DNA of 64,000 nt. Source: a bacterium (lineage in GTDB: Bacteria > Patescibacteriota > Patescibacteriia > UBA1558 > S5-K13). The stretch is from assembly GCA_029555085.1 (NCBI GenBank), contig JAKPTO010000026.1, forward strand, positions 37,217-101,216, given 5' to 3'. Below, in pieces: positions 51,555-60,265 of this stretch (position 1 is its first letter; the number at the start of each line of letters is the position of its first letter). The position numbers were made by a program, and so were the translations under genes. The notes under the pieces were generated by a model, which worked only from the letters and a program-made list of their open reading frames with translations, was not told the DNA's origin and searched no databases.

Positions 51555-53235
51555 ATTTTTGCTGATAAGTTAAATAATTATTATTTTCTTTTGAAAATAC
51601 TATAATAATAGAATCTTCAAGTTTTTCACTTAATATTTCTATTATTTTTATAATATCATTATAATTCAAATCAATCCAAATATTGTCAATAATAATAAGT
51701 TGTTTTTTATTAACTATGCAATGGAGCGCTTGAAGAGCAAAGCATGAAACATTATTATTAAAAGCCAACACACAAGAAGAATTAACATTATTTATAGAAG
51801 ATATTTTTGATGCAATAAATTGATTTTCAGATATTACCTTGATCACATTTTCAATTTCAGAAGAATTAATTTGTTCTTTATCTTTCCCTAAAATAAACTC
51901 CATCAAACTTTTTTCTGAAAATATTTTAGGATCGAAAAAATATGCGCCACAGAATAATTTTTGCCATATTGGATAATCATATCTTTTATTGTCTATTTTC
52001 ACCTTCATTGCCTTGGGATTATAAATACGCATTCCTGCAAAAATTTTAGCCAAACTTGTTTTTCCTGAAAAATTCTCTCCAAAAAATAAAATTCTTTCTG
52101 ATTTTTTAAAATGAAAATCTAGATTTCTGAAATATTTACCATCTTTAAATAATTTTGTTTTTTTTGCGTGAAACAATATTTCATTATGAATTTTTAAAGT
52201 ATTTTTTCTACGCAAAACTGCTCCTTTTTGCAATACTGTTAAAAACAAACCCAATCTTGCTGGAAAAAAATATAAACCAACTCTTAGCGCTTGATTAAGT
52301 GTTCTTGGAAAATAGAACATTAAAAATAAAAATAAAAATCTATTATCTCTACCAAGTAAATTTATAAAAGAAAAAAACTCATTTGTAAAAAAATTGCTTA
52401 AAATTACAATTATCAAAACTATCACAAATACAATTTTTGCGCTTATTCCAATCCAAAGATTTCTTCTAATGCGAAAAAAAGAATCTATATTAACAAGACG
52501 ATCAAACTTTTGTAGCACACTATCTTCATTATTAAAATTTTTATTAAAATATTTTTCTGATAAGCTAATATCGATATGTTTTATTATTTGTGAATAAAAA
52601 GTGACTTCTTGCGAAATATATTTTTTTGCAACATAATAAGCTATTATTCCTATAAGAATAGAAAGTGCCACGAAAAAAACGAAAACAATAAATAAATTTA
52701 ATCCTATTAAATATGCAATGAGCATTGCCACAGAAAAATATATGAACCATCTAATTATTCCAAAAAAAACAATTGATACACCCATTGAAACAAGCGATAA
52801 TTGATAAGAAATTTTTGCTATTAACCTACCCTGCCTTTCGTTGTTCATTGTTTCAACGGGTCTATCAATAAATGATTTAAATATTCTGCGCCTAATATCA
52901 TTTGCAAATAATACCACAATAGTTTTTTCTTGTTTTATAGAAAAAAATGAACTTATGATAAACAACAATATAAAAATAGCAAAAAATTGCCAAAAAAATG
53001 GGTCTAAAATACTATTTAGCTGAGATAATTTATTTCTACTAAATACAATAAGAAACGCTTCTATTACACAGGAAACAAAAATTAAAAGAACAAGACGCAA
53101 AATATAAAATTTATATTTTTTAAAAAAATCTCGTAAATACCCGTAATGTAAAAACGATAATTTTATATCTTTGTATTTATTCCTTGTTTTTCTAATTTCT
53201 TTTATTAATCTAATTTGTTCTTTTATTTCTTTCAT
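51520..53235 (-). CDS. ABC-exporter-like membrane protein (TMD-NBD fusion) with degenerate ATPase motifs
   Basis: About 330-aa polytopic N-terminal domain, then Walker A GENFSGKTS, a degenerate signature VSCFALQAL (versus LSGGQ) and Walker B LIIIDN (no catalytic Glu). It overlaps the RT stop by 26 nt. Confidence 0.5.
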   Translation of the reverse strand: MKEIKEQIRLIKEIRKTRNKYKDIKLSFLHYGYLRDFFKKYKFYILRLVLLIFVSCVIEAFLIVFSRNKLSQLNSILDPFFWQFFAIFILLFIISSFFSIKQEKTIVVLFANDIRRRIFKSFIDRPVETMNNERQGRLIAKISYQLSLVSMGVSIVFFGIIRWFIYFSVAMLIAYLIGLNLFIVFVFFVALSILIGIIAYYVAKKYISQEVTFYSQIIKHIDISLSEKYFNKNFNNEDSVLQKFDRLVNIDSFFRIRRNLWIGISAKIVFVIVLIIVILSNFFTNEFFSFINLLGRDNRFLFLFLMFYFPRTLNQALRVGLYFFPARLGLFLTVLQKGAVLRRKNTLKIHNEILFHAKKTKLFKDGKYFRNLDFHFKKSERILFFGENFSGKTSLAKIFAGMRIYNPKAMKVKIDNKRYDYPIWQKLFCGAYFFDPKIFSEKSLMEFILGKDKEQINSSEIENVIKVISENQFIASKISSINNVNSSCVLAFNNNVSCFALQALHCIVNKKQLIIIDNIWIDLNYNDIIKIIEILSEKLEDSIIIVFSKENNNYLTYQQKYELGDEIRKIT

Positions 53236-54427
53236 AATGAAAGTCTAAATAAAAATTATATAATGATTTTATTTTTAAATATTCTATCTCTTTTCTTAAC
53301 AACCTTCTGTTGCGTGGTGAATATTTACCAAATATAAAATCTGTTAAAATACGGAAAAAATCTTCTGATAATTTTTTTATTTGTTCTGAGTTATTGATTT
53401 GTGGTTTATCTTTTATAATTTTTTGAAATTGGTAGTTAAAATTTTTTTCTGGATGTCCCATAATCCTTCTCAGTAAATACTTTTTTTTACTTAAATTATA
53501 ATTTTTATATTTTAAAATACTTTTCCAACCAGCAATAATACGCTTAATATATGATTTTTCTAAACTAATAATTCCTGAATTAAAGCAGTAGCCTAAAAAA
53601 GAAAAATTTTCTTTTGCATCACCAATAAATAATTTGCTATTATTTATTGTTAAATTTCTAATATTCAAATCTTTGATAATTTCTAATTTTAATTTATTTA
53701 GCTTGTCTATGTTATTATCAAAAATACCTATATCATCTCCTATTCTTATATAAAATGAACATTGTTTTTGATATTTATGATCAAGGTCTGTTAAATATAA
53801 ATTATTAAAAAGTGCTATTAGTGGAACACCCTGGACAAGACCTATATCAGGTGCTTCTATCTTACCATTTTTATATATTTTATTAAAAATAAATAATTTT
53901 AATAAATCTAATATTTTTCTATCTTCAAAAATGTTTTCCAGTTGTGAGTATAAAACATTCTTATCAATCAAGTCAGAATAGTTTTCCAAATCTAACACTA
54001 ATGCTTTGTCTGTAGAAAAATTTTTCCTATATCTATGGCAAAAATTTTTTGCTGCAAAATATGGTGGCTTGCCCGGCCTATATGAAAACAATCTTTTTGA
54101 AAAAACTTTTTCAAATTCTGGTAATAAAACTCTATAAATTGCCTGTGCTTTTATACGATCTTTTATATTATAAATAAAAATATCCCTGAATTTCTCGGGA
54201 TTATTTTTTTTAGGAATTGAAACAATAAGTGCTGGCTCAATTTCCCTATTTTCAACTAATTCTTTTTGACAAATATCTATAAGCTCCTTTGAATTTAAAT
54301 CTCTGTCTTGTATTGAAATATTATCCAAACCGTGATATCTAAAACTTTTACTATCTATAGAAAATTTTTCCACTATATCTAAATAAGCAGATCGAATATT
54401 ATCATAAGATACAATTTTATTAAACAT
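53210..54427 (-). CDS. Stand-alone reverse transcriptase (retron/defence-associated RT-like), IGDD active-site variant
   Basis: RT motifs 0-7: SYDNIRSAYLDI; IPKKNNPEKFRDIF...IKDRIKAQAIYRVLLPEFE; FSYRPGK; ALVLDLENYSDLID; GLVQGVPLIALFNNLYLTDLD; YIRIGDDIGIF; FLGYCF. There is no endonuclease or maturase domain and no room for group II intron RNA. Confidence 0.75.
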   Translation of the reverse strand: MFNKIVSYDNIRSAYLDIVEKFSIDSKSFRYHGLDNISIQDRDLNSKELIDICQKELVENREIEPALIVSIPKKNNPEKFRDIFIYNIKDRIKAQAIYRVLLPEFEKVFSKRLFSYRPGKPPYFAAKNFCHRYRKNFSTDKALVLDLENYSDLIDKNVLYSQLENIFEDRKILDLLKLFIFNKIYKNGKIEAPDIGLVQGVPLIALFNNLYLTDLDHKYQKQCSFYIRIGDDIGIFDNNIDKLNKLKLEIIKDLNIRNLTINNSKLFIGDAKENFSFLGYCFNSGIISLEKSYIKRIIAGWKSILKYKNYNLSKKKYLLRRIMGHPEKNFNYQFQKIIKDKPQINNSEQIKKLSEDFFRILTDFIFGKYSPRNRRLLRKEIEYLKIKSLYNFYLDFHYERNKRTN

Positions 54428-54433
54428 ATTTTT

Positions 54434-54615
54434 AAAAATCGTCCTCAGGATATATAATAAAAATACTATATATTAATAAATCTAATGAAGACCCCCGTCC
54501 ACAAACTGGTTACAACCGTTTCCATTTTAATTAATTCGATATTAACGAATATAAAAAATTAAAACTAAAACGATTATTAATATCTCCTAAAATAGGAGTT
54601 TTGAGGATGATTTTT
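54434..54615 (-). other. Noncoding region bounded by a 14-bp inverted repeat, directly upstream of the RT gene; candidate msr/msd-like ncRNA locus
   Basis: AAAAATCGTCCTCA (54434-54447) and TGAGGATGATTTTT (54602-54615) are reverse complements with one mismatch, 154 nt apart. An internal hairpin CTCCT-AAAAT-AGGAG lies at 54584-54598. The GC-rich segment gacccccgtccacaaactggttacaaccgtttcc is also present. The proximal arm lies 10 nt from the RT start codon. Confidence 0.35.
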
Positions 54616-54694
54616 AAAAGTACATAATATATTATAGCATGTCAATAAAGCGTATGTAAAGAATAAATATATAATTTTGTGATATAATTAATCT

Positions 54695-56758
54695 ATGAAT
54701 CTAGATACAACACTTGATAAAATCTACGGAATAGGTCCAACAATCTATAAAAAATTACAAAAAATCGGATTAAATACAATATCTGATGCTATTTTTTATT
54801 ATCCATTTAGATATGAAGATTTTTCCCATTTAAAACAAATAAATGAGCTTGTAAATGAAGAATCTGCCACTATAAAAGGAAAAATCATACTTTTAAACAA
54901 TAAGAGATCTCCTAGAAAAAAAATGAATATCACTGAAATGCTTTTAGGAGATGATTCCGGACAAATTCAGATAATTTGGTTTAATCAACCATATATTAAA
55001 AATATATTACAAATTGGAGATGAGATATTTGTTTCAGGTGTTGTAAAAAAATCACTTTTGGGATTATCACTTATAAATCCAAATTATGAAAAAACTAATA
55101 GAGACACATCACACACTGCAAGAATTATTCCTATATATCCATCAACAGAGCATTTATCACAGAAACAACTTAGATACATAATAAAACAATCCTTGTCTTG
55201 TATAAATGAATTACATGAAAGGTTACCAAGTCAAATTATTAAAAAAGAAAATTTAATAGAAATAAAAGAGGCAATAAAACAAATTCACTTTCCAGATAAT
55301 TATAAAAAATTAGATCTTGCAAAAAAAAGATTATCATTTGATGAAATATTTTTATTATCATGTTTATCAAAATTTATTAAAAAACAAAATATTGAATTAA
55401 GCGCTCCTCAAATTAATTTCAAGGAAAAACAGATAAAAGATTTAGTAAAAAAAATTCCATTTAAATTAACAGAAGATCAAAGAAAGGCAACCTGGCAAAT
55501 TCTAAAAGATATTAGCCACAAAATTCCAATGAATAGACTTCTTGAAGGCGATGTAGGAAGTGGAAAGACAATTGTTTCTTTTATCTGCGCTTACAATGTA
55601 ATCTTGAACAAATATCAAGCAATTTTAATGTCTCCTACTCAGATTTTAACAAAACAACACTTTGAAAATGCTGTAAAATTTTTCAAGGACTATGATATTA
55701 ATATTTTACTTTTTACAAACTCTGACAGATTATTATTTAATGGAAAAAAACAATTAGCACAAAAATTAACAAAAAAAGAAATTAATAAGTTTGTCAAAAA
55801 ATCTGATTTTATAATAGGAACTCATTCTTTAATTCAGCAAAATGTAGAATTCAAAAATATTGGGCTCATAATAATTGACGAGCAACACAGATTCGGAGTT
55901 AAGCAGCGTCAAGAATTAACAAAAAAATCAGATATTAGTCCACACTTTTTATCAATGACTGCAACTCCAATTCCAAGATCTCTAGCGCTTACAATTTATG
56001 GAGATTTAGATATTTCAAAAATTTTACAAAAACCAGCAAACAGAAAAAAAATTATTACAAAATTTGTATATTCTCGCAACAGAACAAAAGCTTATGAATT
56101 TATTTATAACCAGATCCAAAACGGCAGACAAGTTTTTGTTGTGTGTCCACTTATAAATGAATCGGATAAATTAGGAGTAAAATCCGTAATGAGTGAATAT
56201 GAAAAATTAAGCAACGACATTTTTCCAAATTTAAAAATAGAATATTTACATGGAAAAATGAAAGAAACAGAAAAGCAAAAAATTCTAAAAAGTTTTTCTG
56301 ACAATGAAACAAAAATTTTAGTATCAACTTCTGTTATTGAGGTTGGAATTGATTTTCCAAATGTAACAATAATGATAATTGAAGGTGCTGATAGATTTGG
56401 ATTGGCATCACTCCATCAATTTCGAGGTCGTGTTGGTCGCGGAGAACATCAATCATTTTGCTTTTTATTTTCTGAATCAAACTCAGAAAAATCCCGTAAA
56501 CGTTTAGAAATATTAACAAAAACAGATAATGGATTTGAACTCGCAGAATATGATTTAAAATTTCGTGGAAGTGGAGATTTGTATGGAATAAAACAATCAG
56601 GATTTATGAATGGAGTGAAAATTGCAGATTTATCAGATTTAGAATTAATCAAAAAATGCAATATTTGGGCTCAATATATTTTTGAAAAAGGTCTTGAAAA
56701 ATTCCCTCAAATAAAAAAAGAGATAGAATTACTATCTTCTGATATTCACTTGGAATAA
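54695..56758 (+). CDS. recG: ATP-dependent DNA helicase RecG
   Basis: N-terminal wedge/OB domain; Walker A GDVGSGKT; DEQH box IIDEQHRFG; TATPIPRSL; QFRGRVGRG. Confidence 0.9.
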   Translation: MNLDTTLDKIYGIGPTIYKKLQKIGLNTISDAIFYYPFRYEDFSHLKQINELVNEESATIKGKIILLNNKRSPRKKMNITEMLLGDDSGQIQIIWFNQPYIKNILQIGDEIFVSGVVKKSLLGLSLINPNYEKTNRDTSHTARIIPIYPSTEHLSQKQLRYIIKQSLSCINELHERLPSQIIKKENLIEIKEAIKQIHFPDNYKKLDLAKKRLSFDEIFLLSCLSKFIKKQNIELSAPQINFKEKQIKDLVKKIPFKLTEDQRKATWQILKDISHKIPMNRLLEGDVGSGKTIVSFICAYNVILNKYQAILMSPTQILTKQHFENAVKFFKDYDINILLFTNSDRLLFNGKKQLAQKLTKKEINKFVKKSDFIIGTHSLIQQNVEFKNIGLIIIDEQHRFGVKQRQELTKKSDISPHFLSMTATPIPRSLALTIYGDLDISKILQKPANRKKIITKFVYSRNRTKAYEFIYNQIQNGRQVFVVCPLINESDKLGVKSVMSEYEKLSNDIFPNLKIEYLHGKMKETEKQKILKSFSDNETKILVSTSVIEVGIDFPNVTIMIIEGADRFGLASLHQFRGRVGRGEHQSFCFLFSESNSEKSRKRLEILTKTDNGFELAEYDLKFRGSGDLYGIKQSGFMNGVKIADLSDLELIKKCNIWAQYIFEKGLEKFPQIKKEIELLSSDIHLE

Positions 56759-56793
56759 ATTAAGAATATAAAATAAGCTAAACAATTCAAAAC

Positions 56794-58131
56794 TTAAATT
56801 AAAAACTTTTTAAGTTCTTTTATATTTTTGATACAATTCAAATTAATTCCTTTTACATCAACTGCTTTTTCAAAACTTGGAATAATTATATTTTTAAATC
56901 CTAAATTCACTGCTTCTTTTATTCTCTCTTTTGTTTTTGGTATTTGTCTAATTTCTCCATTGAGTCCTACTTCACCAAAAAATACTGAATTTTCCATAAT
57001 TTTTTTATTTTCATATGATGAATAAATTGCCACCGCAACCGCTAAATCAAGCGCGCGGTCCGAAACTTTGAAGCCACCAGTTAAATTAATATAAACATCA
57101 TATAAATTTAATTTTAAATCTAATTTTGATTGAAGTACTGCTATAAGTAATTCTAATCTTTTCTGATCATAACCAGATACGGTTCTTTTTGGATAACCAA
57201 AATTTGTTTTTGATACAAGTGCTTGAAGTTCTAACATTAAAACCTGATTTCCTTCTATAATAGAAGTAATTGCCGTGCCTGAACTTTCTGGATTAATTGA
57301 TGACAAATAAATTTTTGATGGATTTATCACTTCTTTAAATCCTGATTTTGTCATCTCTAAAATTACCGACTCATCAGTTGCTCCAAATCTATTTTTAACA
57401 GATTTCAAAATTCTAAATCTATGCAATCTATCACCTTCAAGACTCAGTACGCAATCAACTAAATGTTCCATTGTTTTAGGTCCCGCTAAATCACCTGATT
57501 TATTTACATGACTTATGATGAGAGTTGCAATATTAAATTTTCTTGCAATTTCCATAATTTTTACAGTACAAGCCCTTACTTGCGCGACTCCACCTGGATC
57601 GCTTTCAATCTCACTCGTGTAAAGTGTTTGAATTGAATCTATAATTAAAAAATCTGGTTTGATTTTTAATATTCCAGCTAGAATTATTTCTATATTATTT
57701 TCTGCCAAAAACTTTACTACTTTACTATCAACTTCCAATCTATCAAAACGAGATTTTACTGAACTTGCACTCTCTTCTCCTGAAACATATAAAGTATTTA
57801 AACTCTTGTTTATAATTTGAGAAATAATTGTAGATTTTCCAATCCCCGGCTCACCACCAAGTAAAACCAAAGAAGAAGGAACTAATCCTCCTCCGACTAC
57901 TTTATCAAAATAAGTTAATCCTGTTTTTATTTTTTTAACTTGTTCATTTTTTATTTTTGACAAATCTATGAAATCAACTTTTAAATCTTTTAAATTTTCT
58001 GTTTTGTCTTTTCTTTCGTCTTCGATAAATGTTTCTTTTTCTAATGTTCCCCAAGCACCACACTCAATACACTTTCCAGCCCATTTCGGAAATTGTGCTC
58101 CACATTTTGAACATGAATATATTGTTTTCAT
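56794..58131 (-). CDS. radA: DNA repair protein RadA (Sms)
   Basis: N-terminal zinc finger CSKCGAQFPKWAGKCIECGAWG, Walker A GGEPGIGKST, KNRFG motif, Lon-like C-terminal domain. Confidence 0.9.
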   Translation of the reverse strand: MKTIYSCSKCGAQFPKWAGKCIECGAWGTLEKETFIEDERKDKTENLKDLKVDFIDLSKIKNEQVKKIKTGLTYFDKVVGGGLVPSSLVLLGGEPGIGKSTIISQIINKSLNTLYVSGEESASSVKSRFDRLEVDSKVVKFLAENNIEIILAGILKIKPDFLIIDSIQTLYTSEIESDPGGVAQVRACTVKIMEIARKFNIATLIISHVNKSGDLAGPKTMEHLVDCVLSLEGDRLHRFRILKSVKNRFGATDESVILEMTKSGFKEVINPSKIYLSSINPESSGTAITSIIEGNQVLMLELQALVSKTNFGYPKRTVSGYDQKRLELLIAVLQSKLDLKLNLYDVYINLTGGFKVSDRALDLAVAVAIYSSYENKKIMENSVFFGEVGLNGEIRQIPKTKERIKEAVNLGFKNIIIPSFEKAVDVKGINLNCIKNIKELKKFLI

Positions 58132-58157
58132 TTAATTATATTAGTTTTATATTTATA

Positions 58158-59570
58158 TTATCTACCGATTCCCTTTCTTGCTATATTCTCAAATCCTAAT
58201 TCTTTGCATTTATTATAACGAGCTAATTTTAAATTACCAGTAGAAATAGCCCACTGACTCGTTGTGCCTCCAGCATATCTTCTAAAACAAAGTTCCAAGT
58301 TACCATCTTTACAATACTGATGTTTCCATCCTAAAACAAAAGCTTCTAAATTAGAATCAATAGTTAATAATGAATCAAAACTAAAACACTTATTTTGATA
58401 TATAAAACCATTATTATTATTACATAAAATATCTTGTTTAGAATGGTAAGTAATTTGACCCAAACCCAATCCAAATGTATAACCTTTTTTATTTATATAG
58501 TTTTTCCAATTAGAAATAGAGACCCCTGGAATATTTTTATCATAAACATACTTAGAGCAATTAGGATTATTACACAACTCTCTTTTATTGCTATTAATTT
58601 TTCCTGCCAACCAATCCTTGCAACAAGAAGGATAAAGATTACATATATGTGCCCTGCGAGCAATAATATCACAAGCCGTGTCTCTAGTAACAGCCGAGTC
58701 ATTGCCAAATGCTCTTGGGTCTCCTCCTGATTCTTGATGAATTACAGCATAATAAATACACTCATCTATATTGTTCCACTTAGCAGACTTTTGAATACCA
58801 ACAATTACTTCCTCAGAAAAAATATGACTATCACCAACAGATTTTATATTAGACCCAGATCCAATATAAGAACCACTACTAGCTAATTCATATCTATCAA
58901 CTTCAATAGGTATAATCTTCTCCACCTTTATTGGTACTATATTCAACAAGGCTGGATTTATTGTTTGGAGTATCAAAACAGAAGAAACGCATAAAACAAA
59001 CCCTATTAAAGCATTTTGTAGTCTTGATTTAGCTTCCCCTATTTTACTCTGATTTCCTCCTGCTAATACCCACTGAAAACCAGCCAATATTATTGCTAAA
59101 ACAGCCACGATTCCTGATAAATATATTAAATATCTAAAAAGTACTACTAAAAAATCTCCAATCAAAGCACCGCTTACCTCTACTTCACTTCTAAAACCTG
59201 GTATTCCGACTTCTGGAGTAAATGATATAGATTTTGGTTCCCCAGGAGTTTCATCTACGCCTTCATTTGAATTATTTTGACAATCAGAAGCCCATTGTTT
59301 AATAGCCTCCTGTTTATAGTGATTACGAAATTCAATATCATGCACAACTTCAGCTGGAAATCCAGCTGCCGTATTCTGCAACTCCCTATCCATCCAAGTC
59401 GTATACAAACCCTGATAATCAACGCTAGATTTATTTAAATCAGTGGCCGGACAATAACTCGGCCTTAAGTATTTTAAATTGGGATCATCCGGTAACTGTG
59501 CCTCTACGCCTCTAAAAAAAAACAGAAACGCTACACTAAAAATAAATAAATATCTCCTTATCTTATTCAT
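58158..59570 (-). CDS. Secreted/membrane protein with a VirB2/TrbC-like paired-TM segment and a C-terminal Cys-rich lytic transglycosylase (SLT/VirB1-like) domain
   Basis: Signal peptide. Two hydrophobic helices separated by a short loop (…GFQWVLAGGNQSKIGEAKSRLQNALIGFVLCVSSVLIL). The SLT catalytic motif IHQESGGDPRAFGN...FGLGLGQIT has many Cys residues in inserts. Confidence 0.45.
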   Translation of the reverse strand: MNKIRRYLFIFSVAFLFFFRGVEAQLPDDPNLKYLRPSYCPATDLNKSSVDYQGLYTTWMDRELQNTAAGFPAEVVHDIEFRNHYKQEAIKQWASDCQNNSNEGVDETPGEPKSISFTPEVGIPGFRSEVEVSGALIGDFLVVLFRYLIYLSGIVAVLAIILAGFQWVLAGGNQSKIGEAKSRLQNALIGFVLCVSSVLILQTINPALLNIVPIKVEKIIPIEVDRYELASSGSYIGSGSNIKSVGDSHIFSEEVIVGIQKSAKWNNIDECIYYAVIHQESGGDPRAFGNDSAVTRDTACDIIARRAHICNLYPSCCKDWLAGKINSNKRELCNNPNCSKYVYDKNIPGVSISNWKNYINKKGYTFGLGLGQITYHSKQDILCNNNNGFIYQNKCFSFDSLLTIDSNLEAFVLGWKHQYCKDGNLELCFRRYAGGTTSQWAISTGNLKLARYNKCKELGFENIARKGIGR

Positions 59571-59574
59571 ATTT

Positions 59575-60237
59575 TCATTTGATAATTGATTTTATAATAT
59601 TTTCCAAATTTTCTTGAGTTATCTCACCTTCAAATTTTTGTTGATTTATAAAAATTGTTGGAATTTGCTCTACTTTAAGCACATATGCCTCCACTATATT
59701 ATTATCTATATCTTCCAAGTACTTCTGCGAAGAATAACATGATACAAATTTATTTGTATCCATTTTTAATTTTTCTGAAATTCTTTTATATAAATCTAAA
59801 GAAAATTTTTCATCGGTATTTAGTAACTCATTATTATATTCCCAATATTTATCCTGCTCAAGAGAACAACGAGCCGCTAGAGCTGAACCCTTTGAAAAAA
59901 TATTTGTAGAAAGTGGCAAATCTTTCCAAACCAAATTAACATCTTTTGGATATTTTTTTATTATTTCATCTATAATATTCAAAATATTTTTTGTTTCACT
60001 TGTTTCATAATCAGTAAATAAATAAATACTAACCTGTGTATTCCTCTCTCCTTTAATTGGATCATTTATAAATGATGATAATAAATATTTTTCTTGGGTC
60101 GTGGTTTCCACAATTTGCTTTTCATTTTTAATTTTTATAATCTTATAAAAATTAAACAAATTATAAAATAAAAAACTAAGACCTATTAGAATAAAAATCA
60201 TTACAATAATTGAAATTATTTTGTCTTGCTTGTTCAT
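59575..60237 (-). CDS. DsbA-like thioredoxin-fold protein lacking the CxxC motif (membrane-anchored)
   Basis: The DsbA-like context VSIYLFTDYETSET has the CPxC replaced. Compare the intact paralogue at 40070-40783. Confidence 0.45.
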   Translation of the reverse strand: MNKQDKIISIIVMIFILIGLSFLFYNLFNFYKIIKIKNEKQIVETTTQEKYLLSSFINDPIKGERNTQVSIYLFTDYETSETKNILNIIDEIIKKYPKDVNLVWKDLPLSTNIFSKGSALAARCSLEQDKYWEYNNELLNTDEKFSLDLYKRISEKLKMDTNKFVSCYSSQKYLEDIDNNIVEAYVLKVEQIPTIFINQQKFEGEITQENLENIIKSIIK

Positions 60238-60265
60238 TTTTTTATCAAATATTGAATATTAAATT

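Noticed and set aside
53210-54694. Group II intron as the origin of the RT
   Set aside because: Only about 266 nt lie upstream and the downstream gene overlaps the RT stop. This leaves no room for intron domains I-III, V and VI. No maturase/X or En domain was seen, and no intron boundary motifs (GUGYG…AY) were noticed.
50340-54694. Diversity-generating retroelement (DGR)
   Set aside because: No TR/VR pair (a ~100-bp repeat with adenine-specific differences at the 3' end of a nearby gene) was visible, and RT motif 4 lacks the DGR-type signature. This cannot be fully excluded without a computed repeat search.
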